From positions 800,001 through 864,000 of the forward strand of contig CAXXLZ010000001.1 in assembly GCA_963675595.2 (NCBI GenBank): 64,000 nucleotides of DNA, given 5' to 3'. The stretch is from Thermodesulfobacteriota bacterium. GTDB lineage: Bacteria; Desulfobacterota; Desulfarculia; JACQYL01. The notes below the pieces were generated by a model. It saw only the letters and a program-made list of their open reading frames with translations, searched no databases and was not told the origin of the DNA. Both the position numbers and the translations under genes were made by a program. This document shows, piece after piece, positions 9,753 through 19,165 of the stretch; position 1 is the first letter of the stretch, and every line of letters starts with the position of its first letter.

Positions 9753-10694
9753 CTACCTCTCGGCTCTGATGAACCGACTCCTTATACGTTCGAAATGGTT
9801 GCGGTGGTTGCGCAACGTCCACCAGATCGCACCTGTTGCCGAAATCCTCCAGGCTGGGCTGATGAGTCCGCGATCGCCTTGAAGAATTCGAGAAACGTTG
9901 TGAAAACCGTCGCCCGGATAGGAGCCGCGTTTGGTCCCTCCGAGCCATTCAGCTTCCTCTGAGAACTCCTCCGACCAGGAAAAGGGATCGGAGAACAGGA
10001 AGCCGGAGCGTTCGGGAGCCGCCACACGGCTGGCGTCCATGAGATGCTGAAGAGGATTGGGTAACCTGTCCAGGAGATTCAGCGAAGATACCTCCGAAAA
10101 CGCGCCGGAAGAGAAGGGCAGAGCCTGGGCATCCGCCACCAGGAACTCCACGCGTGCGGGGTCCCAATCCGACGGAAAGCGGAATTGCACATTTCGTGAG
10201 AGCCTTCCTTCTTCCGGCACTTGGAAATGGGTTCCGCCTTCAAGCATCAGTTCCCGGGCCTTGCGCACAAATCCTGTCGAGCGGTCGATTCCTAGGGCAA
10301 AATCGGACCTTACGCTCATTTCAAAGGTCATGCGCCCCACGGCGCAACCGATGTCCAACGCGAGTCCTGAAGTTTTTCCGAGGAGCGAAGCCCATTGAGA
10401 ATAAGCGGTATTGCACTCTTCCTCCATGGCGGCTTCTCCGAAATGACTCCAAAGATAGGGTGCCAGAACCGCTTCGTCCTCGTACTTGGAGAGCAAAGCC
10501 GGGTTCGGGGGCGAGGCGACCGGGGAAAGGTCCGCGAGACCTTCACTGATCGGGTATCGTGCTCCGCACAACGGACAACCGAGTTCGCCTTCGGTTACGT
10601 CTCCCGATGCGCATTCTCGAGCGGTAAGACGGAGGGAAGACTCTCGCGGCAAACACGAAGGACAAATCAAAATACGCGTAACGGTTTCTTTCAC
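9753..10694 (-). CDS. SAM-dependent methyltransferase resembling the OvoA C-terminal methyltransferase, with N-terminal Trm112-like Zn ribbon
   Basis: CPSC...CPLCGARYPI N-terminus; ALDIGCAVGRMTFE, NLLDRL, DPFSWSEEF...WLGG. Confidence 0.75.
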   Translation of the reverse strand: MKETVTRILICPSCLPRESSLRLTARECASGDVTEGELGCPLCGARYPISEGLADLSPVASPPNPALLSKYEDEAVLAPYLWSHFGEAAMEEECNTAYSQWASLLGKTSGLALDIGCAVGRMTFEMSVRSDFALGIDRSTGFVRKARELMLEGGTHFQVPEEGRLSRNVQFRFPSDWDPARVEFLVADAQALPFSSGAFSEVSSLNLLDRLPNPLQHLMDASRVAAPERSGFLFSDPFSWSEEFSEEAEWLGGTKRGSYPGDGFHNVSRILQGDRGLISPAWRISATGAIWWTLRNHRNHFERIRSRFIRAER

Positions 10695-10912
10695 GGGCGC
10701 TCCTGTTTAGGATGTCCGAGACGTTACACCGGGGGTCTTGTGGTTTCAATGGGGAAATTCGGTCCAGTGAGTTGTTCTATGGTGCACGCTTGATTCGGAC
10801 TTTTCCGTGTGCATAATGCTCATAAACGATTACATGCGGATTCAGCGGTGGGACGGGCGCTTGGCGTTCCGGCAACAGGCGGCGATTATTTCAAAAAAGA
10901 CGAAGGAAGATC

Positions 10913-11539
10913 ATGGTCCGACAGATGAATCTCGAAATCGGAACCTTGTTGATGATAGAGACGCAGGGCGTGGCCAATCCGGTCAAGGGAGTGTTTGTGG
11001 GAATGGTCCCGGGGCAGTACCTGATTGTGCAATCTCCCAGCGCACCCGTGCTTGCGGACCAATTGCGGGAAGGGGGGAGGCTCGTCGTCCGTTACCTGTT
11101 TTCGGGGGTGGTCTACGGATTCAAGACTTCCGTCAAAATGCTCCTGAACGTTGAAGGCCAGCGACTTCTGTTCATCACCTATCCCTTGATCGTGGAGGAG
11201 CATAATCTAAGAAGATACAATCGCATCGAGTTTCACCTGCCTGCAACCATTCGAATCGGGAACCTGGAATACCAAGGAGATATCCTCGATATCAGTCTGG
11301 CCGGATGCGGTTTCAATCTCAAGCACGAGAGCATACCGGGAATAGTGATGGACGAAAAGGTTGAGCTTTGCTTTCGTTTTCCCGGCCTTGAAGACTCCAC
11401 GAACTGGTCCGGCGTCGTTCGAAATATTACCATAGGGAAATTCGACGCCAAGCTGGGTATTCAGTTCGAAAACATCGACGCAGATATCGCAGGGAGGATC
11501 GAAGCCTACATCAAGTCCGTGACGGAATATTTCGAATAG
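10913..11539 (+). CDS. PilZ-domain (YcgR/flagellar-brake-like) c-di-GMP receptor
   Basis: RRYNR (RxxxR) and DISLAG (DxSxxG) after a PilZN-like domain. Confidence 0.85.
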   Translation: MVRQMNLEIGTLLMIETQGVANPVKGVFVGMVPGQYLIVQSPSAPVLADQLREGGRLVVRYLFSGVVYGFKTSVKMLLNVEGQRLLFITYPLIVEEHNLRRYNRIEFHLPATIRIGNLEYQGDILDISLAGCGFNLKHESIPGIVMDEKVELCFRFPGLEDSTNWSGVVRNITIGKFDAKLGIQFENIDADIAGRIEAYIKSVTEYFE

Positions 11540-11889
11540 AGCCACGACGGAGTCGACGTCCAGGGTCCGACATTTCTCCGGATCGCGTGGTTCGACGTCC
11601 GCAGTCCGCAAGTTCGGACGCCTGCCTCTCGGACTGCCTGATGACGCTTCGCACGTTCCGACCATTCATCCGGTTCTTTCTCCTAGGCCATATTTCCCCG
11701 TTCGCCCGTGTCCCTTTCCGGTATCTCCGGCCCCGGCTCATGCCGGTCCGGCGTCGACGAATATCCCTGGCAAGCTCTTGGGCGACCATGCGATGAGTGA
11801 TGCCGTAATCTTGAAAAACGAAGACACGGTGCGGCGTGGCGCAATTGTAAATGAAGAGAGCCTGACCGCCGTTGGTCGGACCGCCTGAT

Positions 11890-12504
11890 TCATCGGCGCG
11901 ATGAGGGGTCCGGACCGCACCGGCCGGCCATCAAGGCTCCCACGAGGTCTTGACGAGTACGGATGGGAGTGGAGAAACGTGTGGTGATGCGACCCAATTC
12001 CGACAGGGTGTGGGCGTCGCTGCCTCCGACCCGGGTGAGATCATAGCGTTCGGTCCAGGCTTTCACGCGATCATTCTCTTGATCGCTGTTTCTACCGTTG
12101 ACTTGTTCCACAATGCTGCAAAATCCTTCCCGGACAAAACGTTCCATCGTGGGTGCACACGACCGGAAGGGGTGAGCGGCTACGGCCGCGCCCCGAGCAC
12201 TGCGGACGAAGGAGAGGAGACTCTCGGCGTCCATTCCGGGAGGCAGGCCCTCGAAAGGGCCGAAAACCAGGAAATGCCCCTGAGGAGTCATGTACTCCAT
12301 TCCGATGATGATGCACAGGCCGTCCTGCTGGATCCCTTCCCGAATGGTTTCTCCCGCATCCATGGAATCATGATCCGTGATGCAGACCCCGTCCAGCCCT
12401 TTGGACCGCGCATGGTCCAGAATCTCCGGCAAGGAAAGAACACTGCAGGGAGAAAACGATGAATGAACGTGCAAGTCGAATCGCATTCTTATTATGTTGC
12501 CCAT
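11890..12504 (-). CDS. PHP-domain phosphoesterase
   Basis: DLHVHS, ITDHD, AHPFR, GGSDAH. Confidence 0.88.
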   Translation of the reverse strand: MGNIIRMRFDLHVHSSFSPCSVLSLPEILDHARSKGLDGVCITDHDSMDAGETIREGIQQDGLCIIIGMEYMTPQGHFLVFGPFEGLPPGMDAESLLSFVRSARGAAVAAHPFRSCAPTMERFVREGFCSIVEQVNGRNSDQENDRVKAWTERYDLTRVGGSDAHTLSELGRITTRFSTPIRTRQDLVGALMAGRCGPDPSSRR

Positions 12505-12627
12505 ACGGGCATCGGAATACCAATATAAACGCCCGATGATTCGACAGGGGTTTTATGGGAATATGCAATAGAATTGCTCCCCAACCCATTTTCAAGAGGT
12601 GCAAGATTCTTTCACGGAGGCCGTAAC

Positions 12628-14031
12628 GTGGACAAGAAATGCATTTTGCTGTTGCTGGACGGGTTGGGGGATCGTTCCTTTCCCGCACTAAATCATCGTA
12701 CTCCGCTTCAAGCCGCGAAAACTCCGGCCCTTGACCGGATTGCGACCCGAGGCTCCAATGGTCTCTATCACGCAGGCTTTTTGGGGCAGGCTTTGCCCAG
12801 CGAGAATGCCCACTTCGCGATCTTCGGCTATGACTCTGGAGATTTTCCCGGTCGAGGTGTTCTCGAAGGTTTGGGGGCGGGAATTCCGACGTCGCCGGAG
12901 GACGTCGTGGTGTTGGCGCATCTCGCCTGTGTGACAAGTGAAGAAGAGGGGTTCCGACTTCTTGAGGGAAAACCTCGTCTCGAGGCAAGCCGGGCCGGGG
13001 AACTCGTTGAAGCCGTTTCACGGTTCGAATGGGGAGGCGTTCGGATTTCTTTCCACCAAACTTCCGGGCTGTTCGGAGTCTTGCACCTGCAGGGTCACGT
13101 TAGTCGTTGGATAACGGACAGCGACCCCATGCTGGAGGGTCGGCCGATTACGGCGGTTGTTCCTTGGCGTGAAGAGGCCGGCGATCCGGCCGCAGAGAAG
13201 ACGGCGTCCGCAATGACCCGATACCTGGAATGGAGTCATGACAGGCTTTCCAAGCATATCGTTAATCACGAGCGCTCTCGACGGGGACTTCCTCCCATCA
13301 ATTTCGTGGTTACCCAAAGAGCGGGCCGGCTTCGACAACCGGTTCCCTTTTCCACGGCATACGGTTTGAGGGGGCTTTCGATCTCATCCGGAATCGTCTA
13401 CAAAGGGCTTTGCCGCTATCTCGGCATGGATGTGCTGTCGGTCGAGGATACCGATGATCCCGCAATGGATATGGATGAACGAATCGGGCTGGCCCATGAG
13501 GCACTTAGAGATTACGATTTCGTGCACGTTCATACAAAGAAGCCTGATGAGGCGGCTCACGCCAAGGATCCGAACTACAAACGCGAGGTGATTGAAGCGC
13601 TGGACCGGGGGATTCTCAGCCGTATCGAGGGCCTTCTGGATGACCCTCAGATATTGACGGTCGTCACCGCGGACCACTCAACGCCTTCTTCCGGCCCTTT
13701 GGTGCACTCCGGCGAAGCCGTGCCTTTGGCCATGACGGGGCTTGGTGTCCGGCGGGACAAGGTCGAGTCTTTTGATGAAGTGTCGGCTGCGGCGGGAGCT
13801 CTTGGGAGTGTCCGCGGAAAAGAACTGATTTATTTGGTGCTGAATCACCTGGACAAGGCGAAGCTCGTCGGCATTATGGACACCCCGGACGACCAGCCGT
13901 TTTGGCCCGGTAACGGAGAACGCTTCCGCATGTCGGGACGGGAGGACATGGCGTTCGGCGAGGACGCGCGGGATGACGGGCCTGGCCTGGAGAAGCGGTC
14001 GAAGGCATCCAACATGGGCCCCGGTGACTAG
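12628..14031 (+). CDS. ApgM-type cofactor-independent phosphoglycerate mutase family (alkaline phosphatase superfamily)
   Basis: LLDGLGD...TPLQAAKTP, catalytic PSE, HTKKPDEAAH, TADHSTP, HSGEAVP; GTG after GGAGG. Confidence 0.85.
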   Translation: MDKKCILLLLDGLGDRSFPALNHRTPLQAAKTPALDRIATRGSNGLYHAGFLGQALPSENAHFAIFGYDSGDFPGRGVLEGLGAGIPTSPEDVVVLAHLACVTSEEEGFRLLEGKPRLEASRAGELVEAVSRFEWGGVRISFHQTSGLFGVLHLQGHVSRWITDSDPMLEGRPITAVVPWREEAGDPAAEKTASAMTRYLEWSHDRLSKHIVNHERSRRGLPPINFVVTQRAGRLRQPVPFSTAYGLRGLSISSGIVYKGLCRYLGMDVLSVEDTDDPAMDMDERIGLAHEALRDYDFVHVHTKKPDEAAHAKDPNYKREVIEALDRGILSRIEGLLDDPQILTVVTADHSTPSSGPLVHSGEAVPLAMTGLGVRRDKVESFDEVSAAAGALGSVRGKELIYLVLNHLDKAKLVGIMDTPDDQPFWPGNGERFRMSGREDMAFGEDARDDGPGLEKRSKASNMGPGD

Positions 14032-14098
14032 TCGGAAGCCCGCGGTGCCGGAAAAAAACGGCCCGAAGAACAGGAGTTCCTCGCCTACGGAGGAGTCA

Positions 14099-14719
14099 AT
14101 GCGAGAAGACGGGAACTTGAAACGCACGTATGAACTCGGCGTCATTCATGGTCGATTCCAGGTCTTGCACAAGGACCATTTGAAGTATCTATTGGCCGGC
14201 TTACGGTTGTGCAACCATCTCGTGATCGGTGTAACCAATCCGGATCCGCTTCTCTCCAGGGAAGAAGATGCCGACCCCATCAGGGGGCGGAGTGAATCCA
14301 ATCCACTCACGTACTATGAGCGGTATGTCATGCTTCGCCGGGCAATGGAGGAAGCCGGAGTTCCCGCTGAGGATTTCAGCGTGGTCCCGTTCCCCGTTAA
14401 TATGCCGGAACTGTACCCATACTATGTGCCCATGGAAGCGGTTTTCTTCCTGACGATTTACGACGATTGGGGAAAAAGAAAGCGGGAGATTTTTGAGGCG
14501 TTGGGCTTGAATATCCATGTACTTTGGGAGGTTCCTTTAGAGCGCAAGGGGATCAGCGGTAAGGATGTCCGGGCGCTTATGGTCGAAGAGGGCCCCTGGC
14601 AGGCCCTGGTGCCGACCGGCGTGCGGTCGCTGATGGAGCAATGGCGGATTCCGGACCGACTCGGGAGGGCCGCTAAGAACAGCGATCCGTCCGAGATGCG
14701 GAGGCCAAGTAGCGGCTAG
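14099..14719 (+). CDS. NadM-like nucleotidyltransferase (HxGH/cytidylyltransferase family)
   Basis: HGRFQVLHKDH, IGVTN, NPLTYYER, ISGKDVR; GGAGGAG upstream of ATG. Confidence 0.82.
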   Translation: MREDGNLKRTYELGVIHGRFQVLHKDHLKYLLAGLRLCNHLVIGVTNPDPLLSREEDADPIRGRSESNPLTYYERYVMLRRAMEEAGVPAEDFSVVPFPVNMPELYPYYVPMEAVFFLTIYDDWGKRKREIFEALGLNIHVLWEVPLERKGISGKDVRALMVEEGPWQALVPTGVRSLMEQWRIPDRLGRAAKNSDPSEMRRPSSG

Positions 14720-14840
14720 TGGAACCTGAGTACCGAGTCGCTATCATCCCTGATCGCGTGGCATGCCCGAGTGACATGTTCGGAGGCTTGAGACACGGTC
14801 TTCATCTTTCCCAAGTGGAAATGGAGAAACCCCCAAAGGC

Positions 14841-15746
14841 CTAAATGGGTCGATCGACGGAGGGGAGTAGAAGGAACACGATGATGGACAGCACCATCAA
14901 ACCGACCAGCACGCGATTTTCCCAAAAAGGTCTTTTTCTTACCACGTCTACCAGTACCATGACCGAGCCTCCTCCCAAGCATCCCAAGGCCACGGGAACC
15001 ACCAAGTCATAGGATGCCTCAGGCATGGCCCAAAGACGAAGCATCCAGAGGCCCGCTGCAAAAAGCAGCATACCGGGCCAATAGTATCCCCGAGACTTCC
15101 TGAGCGCCCCGTCCTTTTGAATCGGCTCAATAATCCAGGCCTTTGCTCTTTTACCGAGCGGCAGTCGGTTGATCTGACGGATAAGAAGTCGAAAGACATA
15201 TGCGAGGATGATTCCCATAGCCGCCCCGCCTAAAACGTCCAAGGGAAAATGTACGCCGAGGTATAAACGGGAGTAGGCGACCAAAGCGGCAAATAAGAGC
15301 AGCACCAAACGGAGGTTCGGGAAATAGAATCCCAGGAACGCGGCTGCCGCGAAATTGTTCACCGCGTGGCTGGAGGGAAAAGAAATCGTGTTCTTTTCGG
15401 TTCTTCCGGATGCGTAGCCGGCGTGCTTCCATCCGTGTTCATAGAGTCGGACATGCGCGAGAGCCTCGTATGGTCTGGCACGTCCTACCAAAGGTTTGAC
15501 GATCTCTGAGCTCAACGCATTAGCCAACCCAACCAGAAGGATTGTCGCCAGAAGTGCGAAGCGGGTCCGTTTCCCACCTCGGATCAAGGCCGTCAGGAGC
15601 ACTAAGCCGAGGATGAACAGATAGGGCTTAAGATCGAGAAAGAGCGGCATGAACCGATCGAGAAAATGGGACGTTCCCTCTTGGTTCAACCATAGGAAAA
15701 GCGTTTGATCCAGGTCGATTATATAAGAAAAGGCAGATTGAAACAT
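14841..15746 (-). CDS. PAP2-family phosphatase (possible undecaprenyl-diphosphatase)
   Basis: KxxxxRxRP, SFPSSH, SRLYLGVHFPLDV. Confidence 0.9.
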   Translation of the reverse strand: MFQSAFSYIIDLDQTLFLWLNQEGTSHFLDRFMPLFLDLKPYLFILGLVLLTALIRGGKRTRFALLATILLVGLANALSSEIVKPLVGRARPYEALAHVRLYEHGWKHAGYASGRTEKNTISFPSSHAVNNFAAAAFLGFYFPNLRLVLLLFAALVAYSRLYLGVHFPLDVLGGAAMGIILAYVFRLLIRQINRLPLGKRAKAWIIEPIQKDGALRKSRGYYWPGMLLFAAGLWMLRLWAMPEASYDLVVPVALGCLGGGSVMVLVDVVRKRPFWENRVLVGLMVLSIIVFLLLPSVDRPI

Positions 15747-16128
15747 GAACCGGACTTTCCAGGAGGTTTCTCAGGGGATCGACTCGCATGTCCATTTTCG
15801 ACGGAAAGCGGACAAGAATCCGCTTTCGCCGCTTACCGTACCTGAGCCAAAAAGGGAATGCTGACCGAAAAGCACACTCGAAACGGAGAGGAGACGAAGT
15901 CTCTCAAGAGCCTTTCCAGAGTGGCGGTGACAACGAGGTCGTCGCGGGGCTGTTTGGCCTGTAACTCCTTGATGCAGCTTCTTGCCGCACATGACGCGAG
16001 TCGGGAAACGATAGGATTGTAAAGGGTTGGCCGTTGGGTTTCAAGCACAGAAGGATCAACAGCAGGGACACGCTTCCCGTCATCTCCGCATGGTGCTCGG
16101 GCCGTAGACGACGACACCGACCAAGGAA

Positions 16129-16803
16129 TCAATGGCCGACGGGTTCTTCAAGGTTCAGAAAGAAACTGAGATGGTTCATGTAGGAGTCGATTTCCGAAAG
16201 CAATACGGAAGAAAGATCATGAAATTGCAGACCCAGTCGCAGCTTCGAGGAATCTTTCGATACGTTCCTCGTGATGCAGTTCAGCGTATGCGTTCCGCTG
16301 ACGCCCGGAAGAGTGCAAATCAGCCCCACCTTTTGGCCGACCTCGACGACGGGTATGTTCCTGTCCTGTGCGGTGAACATACAGCCGCCTATGCTCAGGT
16401 CCAGGATGTTGCCCTTGATTTTTGACTCCCCGACGGTGAGTACCGACGGGATGCAGCATTCGACTCTCTCATGCTTTCGGAGATTGAGCTCCTCGACCTT
16501 CTCGGGGTAAGACAAGAACAGGAGTTTGATGTTGGGCTTGTACAACGATCCGGCGACTTCGCAATGAAAACCGAATACCCTCCCCGAATACAGGTATCTG
16601 ACTACCAGTCGGTTCCCCTCGAATAGACTGTTTCTATAGGCGAATATCCTGGGAGCCTGCACTACAAGGAATTCAGAAGGTGCCATGCCTACGAAGACGC
16701 CCCCGACCTGTTCGTCAACGCCCTCGATCTCCATTTTGAGAGGTGTGCCGATGGATATTTCCAACCGAGGCCAAGCATTGCCGTTTAGCGCCATTTGCCG
16801 CAC
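16129..16803 (-). CDS. PilZ-domain (YcgR-like) protein, paralogue of 10913..11539
   Basis: RKHER and DLSIGG; shares GVFVGM.P and RLVVRYL.SG.V.GF with the paralogue. Confidence 0.85.
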   Translation of the reverse strand: MRQMALNGNAWPRLEISIGTPLKMEIEGVDEQVGGVFVGMAPSEFLVVQAPRIFAYRNSLFEGNRLVVRYLYSGRVFGFHCEVAGSLYKPNIKLLFLSYPEKVEELNLRKHERVECCIPSVLTVGESKIKGNILDLSIGGCMFTAQDRNIPVVEVGQKVGLICTLPGVSGTHTLNCITRNVSKDSSKLRLGLQFHDLSSVLLSEIDSYMNHLSFFLNLEEPVGH

Positions 16804-16949
16804 TCCGTTGACTAATGGTGATGTTAATGCCCGAGGCTGTTTGCTTGCCTTAAGGCGGAAAGCGTCTTGGGAAGGTCAAAACTGCGAACGATGGGGCGGC
16901 CTTTTCCCATCGTCCCTGTCTCAAATGGTGAATCCGGGCCGAATTACTT

Positions 16950-19115
16950 TTATTCTAAAGCCAAGAACTGGGCAATTGGAAGCACCTCTATCTTCCTGAT
17001 ATTCTCTTTGAGAAATCTGAACAGGAAGACACCGTCTTCTTTATGCTCCAGATGGAACAAACGAGAATTCAACAGAAACTTCTGCGCGTCAATGGGATTC
17101 ATCCCCCGGCCCAAAAAGGGTGCAAAATATTTCTCGGCCATGGAAGAGTCAAAGGAAGTGTTGACGAGAACGTAGTCGATCTTCTTGTGCGTCAAGGTGC
17201 GAACGAGCCTCAACCCGTCGAAACCCGGGCCTAGATACACCATGGTTCGGCTTAGCCGAATCCAATCCCACATGAGATCCGGTCTCCATGTCTCAAGTAC
17301 GGGGTTTTTCGCGTAGAACGGGAATAATTCGGCGGTTAGGGGGTCCGTCAGGATCGGCGCCGTCTCCGGAATGTGTTCTCTAATATATTTCATGGTTCGG
17401 ATGAGGGCGGGATGGTGATAACGGAAAGGTCCGTTAGGCAGGCCCGTAAGGGGGAGAACATACGGTTGCACCCGATATCCCCAATCGAAGGGCAGCAGGA
17501 CCATGAGGCGATAAAAGACAACGGGGACCGCGGTGATACAAACCAGTAAAATCACGGTCACCGCACTTCTCCGGAGCCTCGGGAGTAGTCTGCAGCCTTG
17601 TTTAGGCCCCAACACGGAATCGACCCACAAAGCGATTACGGAGATGTAAGGCATAGTGAAGCAAAGCCGGTTGAACACAATGTCTTGCGCCTGTTCGGAC
17701 AAGGAGGAGAGAAACGTCACCAGAAAAGGATTGGTCATCACCAACAAAGGCACGTAAAGGTTGGATGACAAAAACAGCACCGAATTTCGCCCCAGCTCTT
17801 TCCGCCTTTTCATGAGAACGAAAGGCGCAGCTAGGAGGGAAAGCGCTCCCCAAGCCCCGAGGAATCGGAGTGGGTCCGACCAGAGGACCACCATGTAGCC
17901 CGTGCCGAATGGACGAAAAAGACCGAGCAAATCGGGGCCTTGTCGATAATTGGGTAGACTGTCCAACAAGGGGATTCGGACTAGGAACAAATCAAACAAG
18001 TACACGAGATAGGGTCCGAAAAGCATACATGCCAGGATCCAAGGGGCCGCTCTCCGCCAACGTGACGATCCCCAATCAAAGGCCAGCTTGAAGGATATGA
18101 ACGAAATATAGCTTAGGCAGGTCATGAAAAATATCGACCCATGGATGAGAAGCGTGGCTGCTCCAAGCACCAGGGCCCCCACCAGGCAAGCACGGTCTCT
18201 TTCGGCCAGGTATAGGAACAGGAGAGATATGGAGGCCAGATAGAGACTCCAAGCAACGATCCAGGAGTAATTGAAGTGCACCGGATTGAACCAGAAACCC
18301 CCGAAATGGGCGAGAAAGAAGATCACGCTGAGTCTTGTGAACCTGGGTTGCTCCAGGATGCGTCTGCTGAAGGTGTAGAACGCGCAAAGAAAGCAGGGGC
18401 CCACCAGGCTCACCAAGATAAGATATTGGCTTATGGCAGAGACGCCGCTGATGCGCAGGAAAAGAGGCTGGATTCCTTCTCTGTAGATTCTAGTGGCGGC
18501 AATTATTTCTAGAACGCCGCTTCTGATCAATCGACTCATTTCTTGCTGTTCCATCCAGCGAACAATAGTCAGCTTCAGATAGAACAAGGCGTCGGAGGTC
18601 AGCAGGAGGCTATTCTGGTTCAAGAGCAGAAGGGCGGCCAAACCCAAAGCGCACCACAAGACGAACATGGGAAACGCGCCGCCGAAGACTTCGCTTACGA
18701 ATCGGCCACGGAGTCTCAAACCTGTTGCTGTAAGCAGTGATCCCACGAGAACACCGTAACCGATTGCCACAGTACCAATTCGCCAATTGGTCCCCGTCAG
18801 ACCAAGGGTGAACAGAACCAGACAGGCAGTCGCCATTCCAAAAGAAAAATAGAGGCACAGGCGTTCGGCGACGTCGAATTTTCTGCGGAACCACAGATGG
18901 GTTTGAGCGACTCCGGGGCTCAGGATGAAAAGGAGAAACAAGCCCAAGGCGGTGGGATAGGCCCAAGAATAGCGAACGATTCCAAGGACCGGCAAAAGCA
19001 GCAGCCCGAGACCGAAGGAATAGGGCAGGGAGATGTGCAATCGGCACGTGTCCATCAAAGCTTTCAGTCGGACATGGGTGTTTCGCTGTTCAGTTTGGTG
19101 ACAAATTTGATGCAC
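16950..19115 (-). CDS. Large polytopic membrane protein, GT-C-fold glycosyltransferase-like
   Basis: Many TM segments; SD in the first external loop; soluble C-terminal domain YIREHIPETAPILTD...KIDYVLV; last gene of the glycan operon. Confidence 0.55.
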   Translation of the reverse strand: MHQICHQTEQRNTHVRLKALMDTCRLHISLPYSFGLGLLLLPVLGIVRYSWAYPTALGLFLLFILSPGVAQTHLWFRRKFDVAERLCLYFSFGMATACLVLFTLGLTGTNWRIGTVAIGYGVLVGSLLTATGLRLRGRFVSEVFGGAFPMFVLWCALGLAALLLLNQNSLLLTSDALFYLKLTIVRWMEQQEMSRLIRSGVLEIIAATRIYREGIQPLFLRISGVSAISQYLILVSLVGPCFLCAFYTFSRRILEQPRFTRLSVIFFLAHFGGFWFNPVHFNYSWIVAWSLYLASISLLFLYLAERDRACLVGALVLGAATLLIHGSIFFMTCLSYISFISFKLAFDWGSSRWRRAAPWILACMLFGPYLVYLFDLFLVRIPLLDSLPNYRQGPDLLGLFRPFGTGYMVVLWSDPLRFLGAWGALSLLAAPFVLMKRRKELGRNSVLFLSSNLYVPLLVMTNPFLVTFLSSLSEQAQDIVFNRLCFTMPYISVIALWVDSVLGPKQGCRLLPRLRRSAVTVILLVCITAVPVVFYRLMVLLPFDWGYRVQPYVLPLTGLPNGPFRYHHPALIRTMKYIREHIPETAPILTDPLTAELFPFYAKNPVLETWRPDLMWDWIRLSRTMVYLGPGFDGLRLVRTLTHKKIDYVLVNTSFDSSMAEKYFAPFLGRGMNPIDAQKFLLNSRLFHLEHKEDGVFLFRFLKENIRKIEVLPIAQFLALE

Positions 19116-19165
19116 ATGTGCCCGGCCGTGAGAATCACTCTCAAGTCATGGAGAAAAGTCGAACG

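Noticed and set aside
11511-11889. Small Arg-rich ORFs between PilZ and PHP genes
   Set aside because: No RBS or motif support; typical of GC-rich intergenic noise
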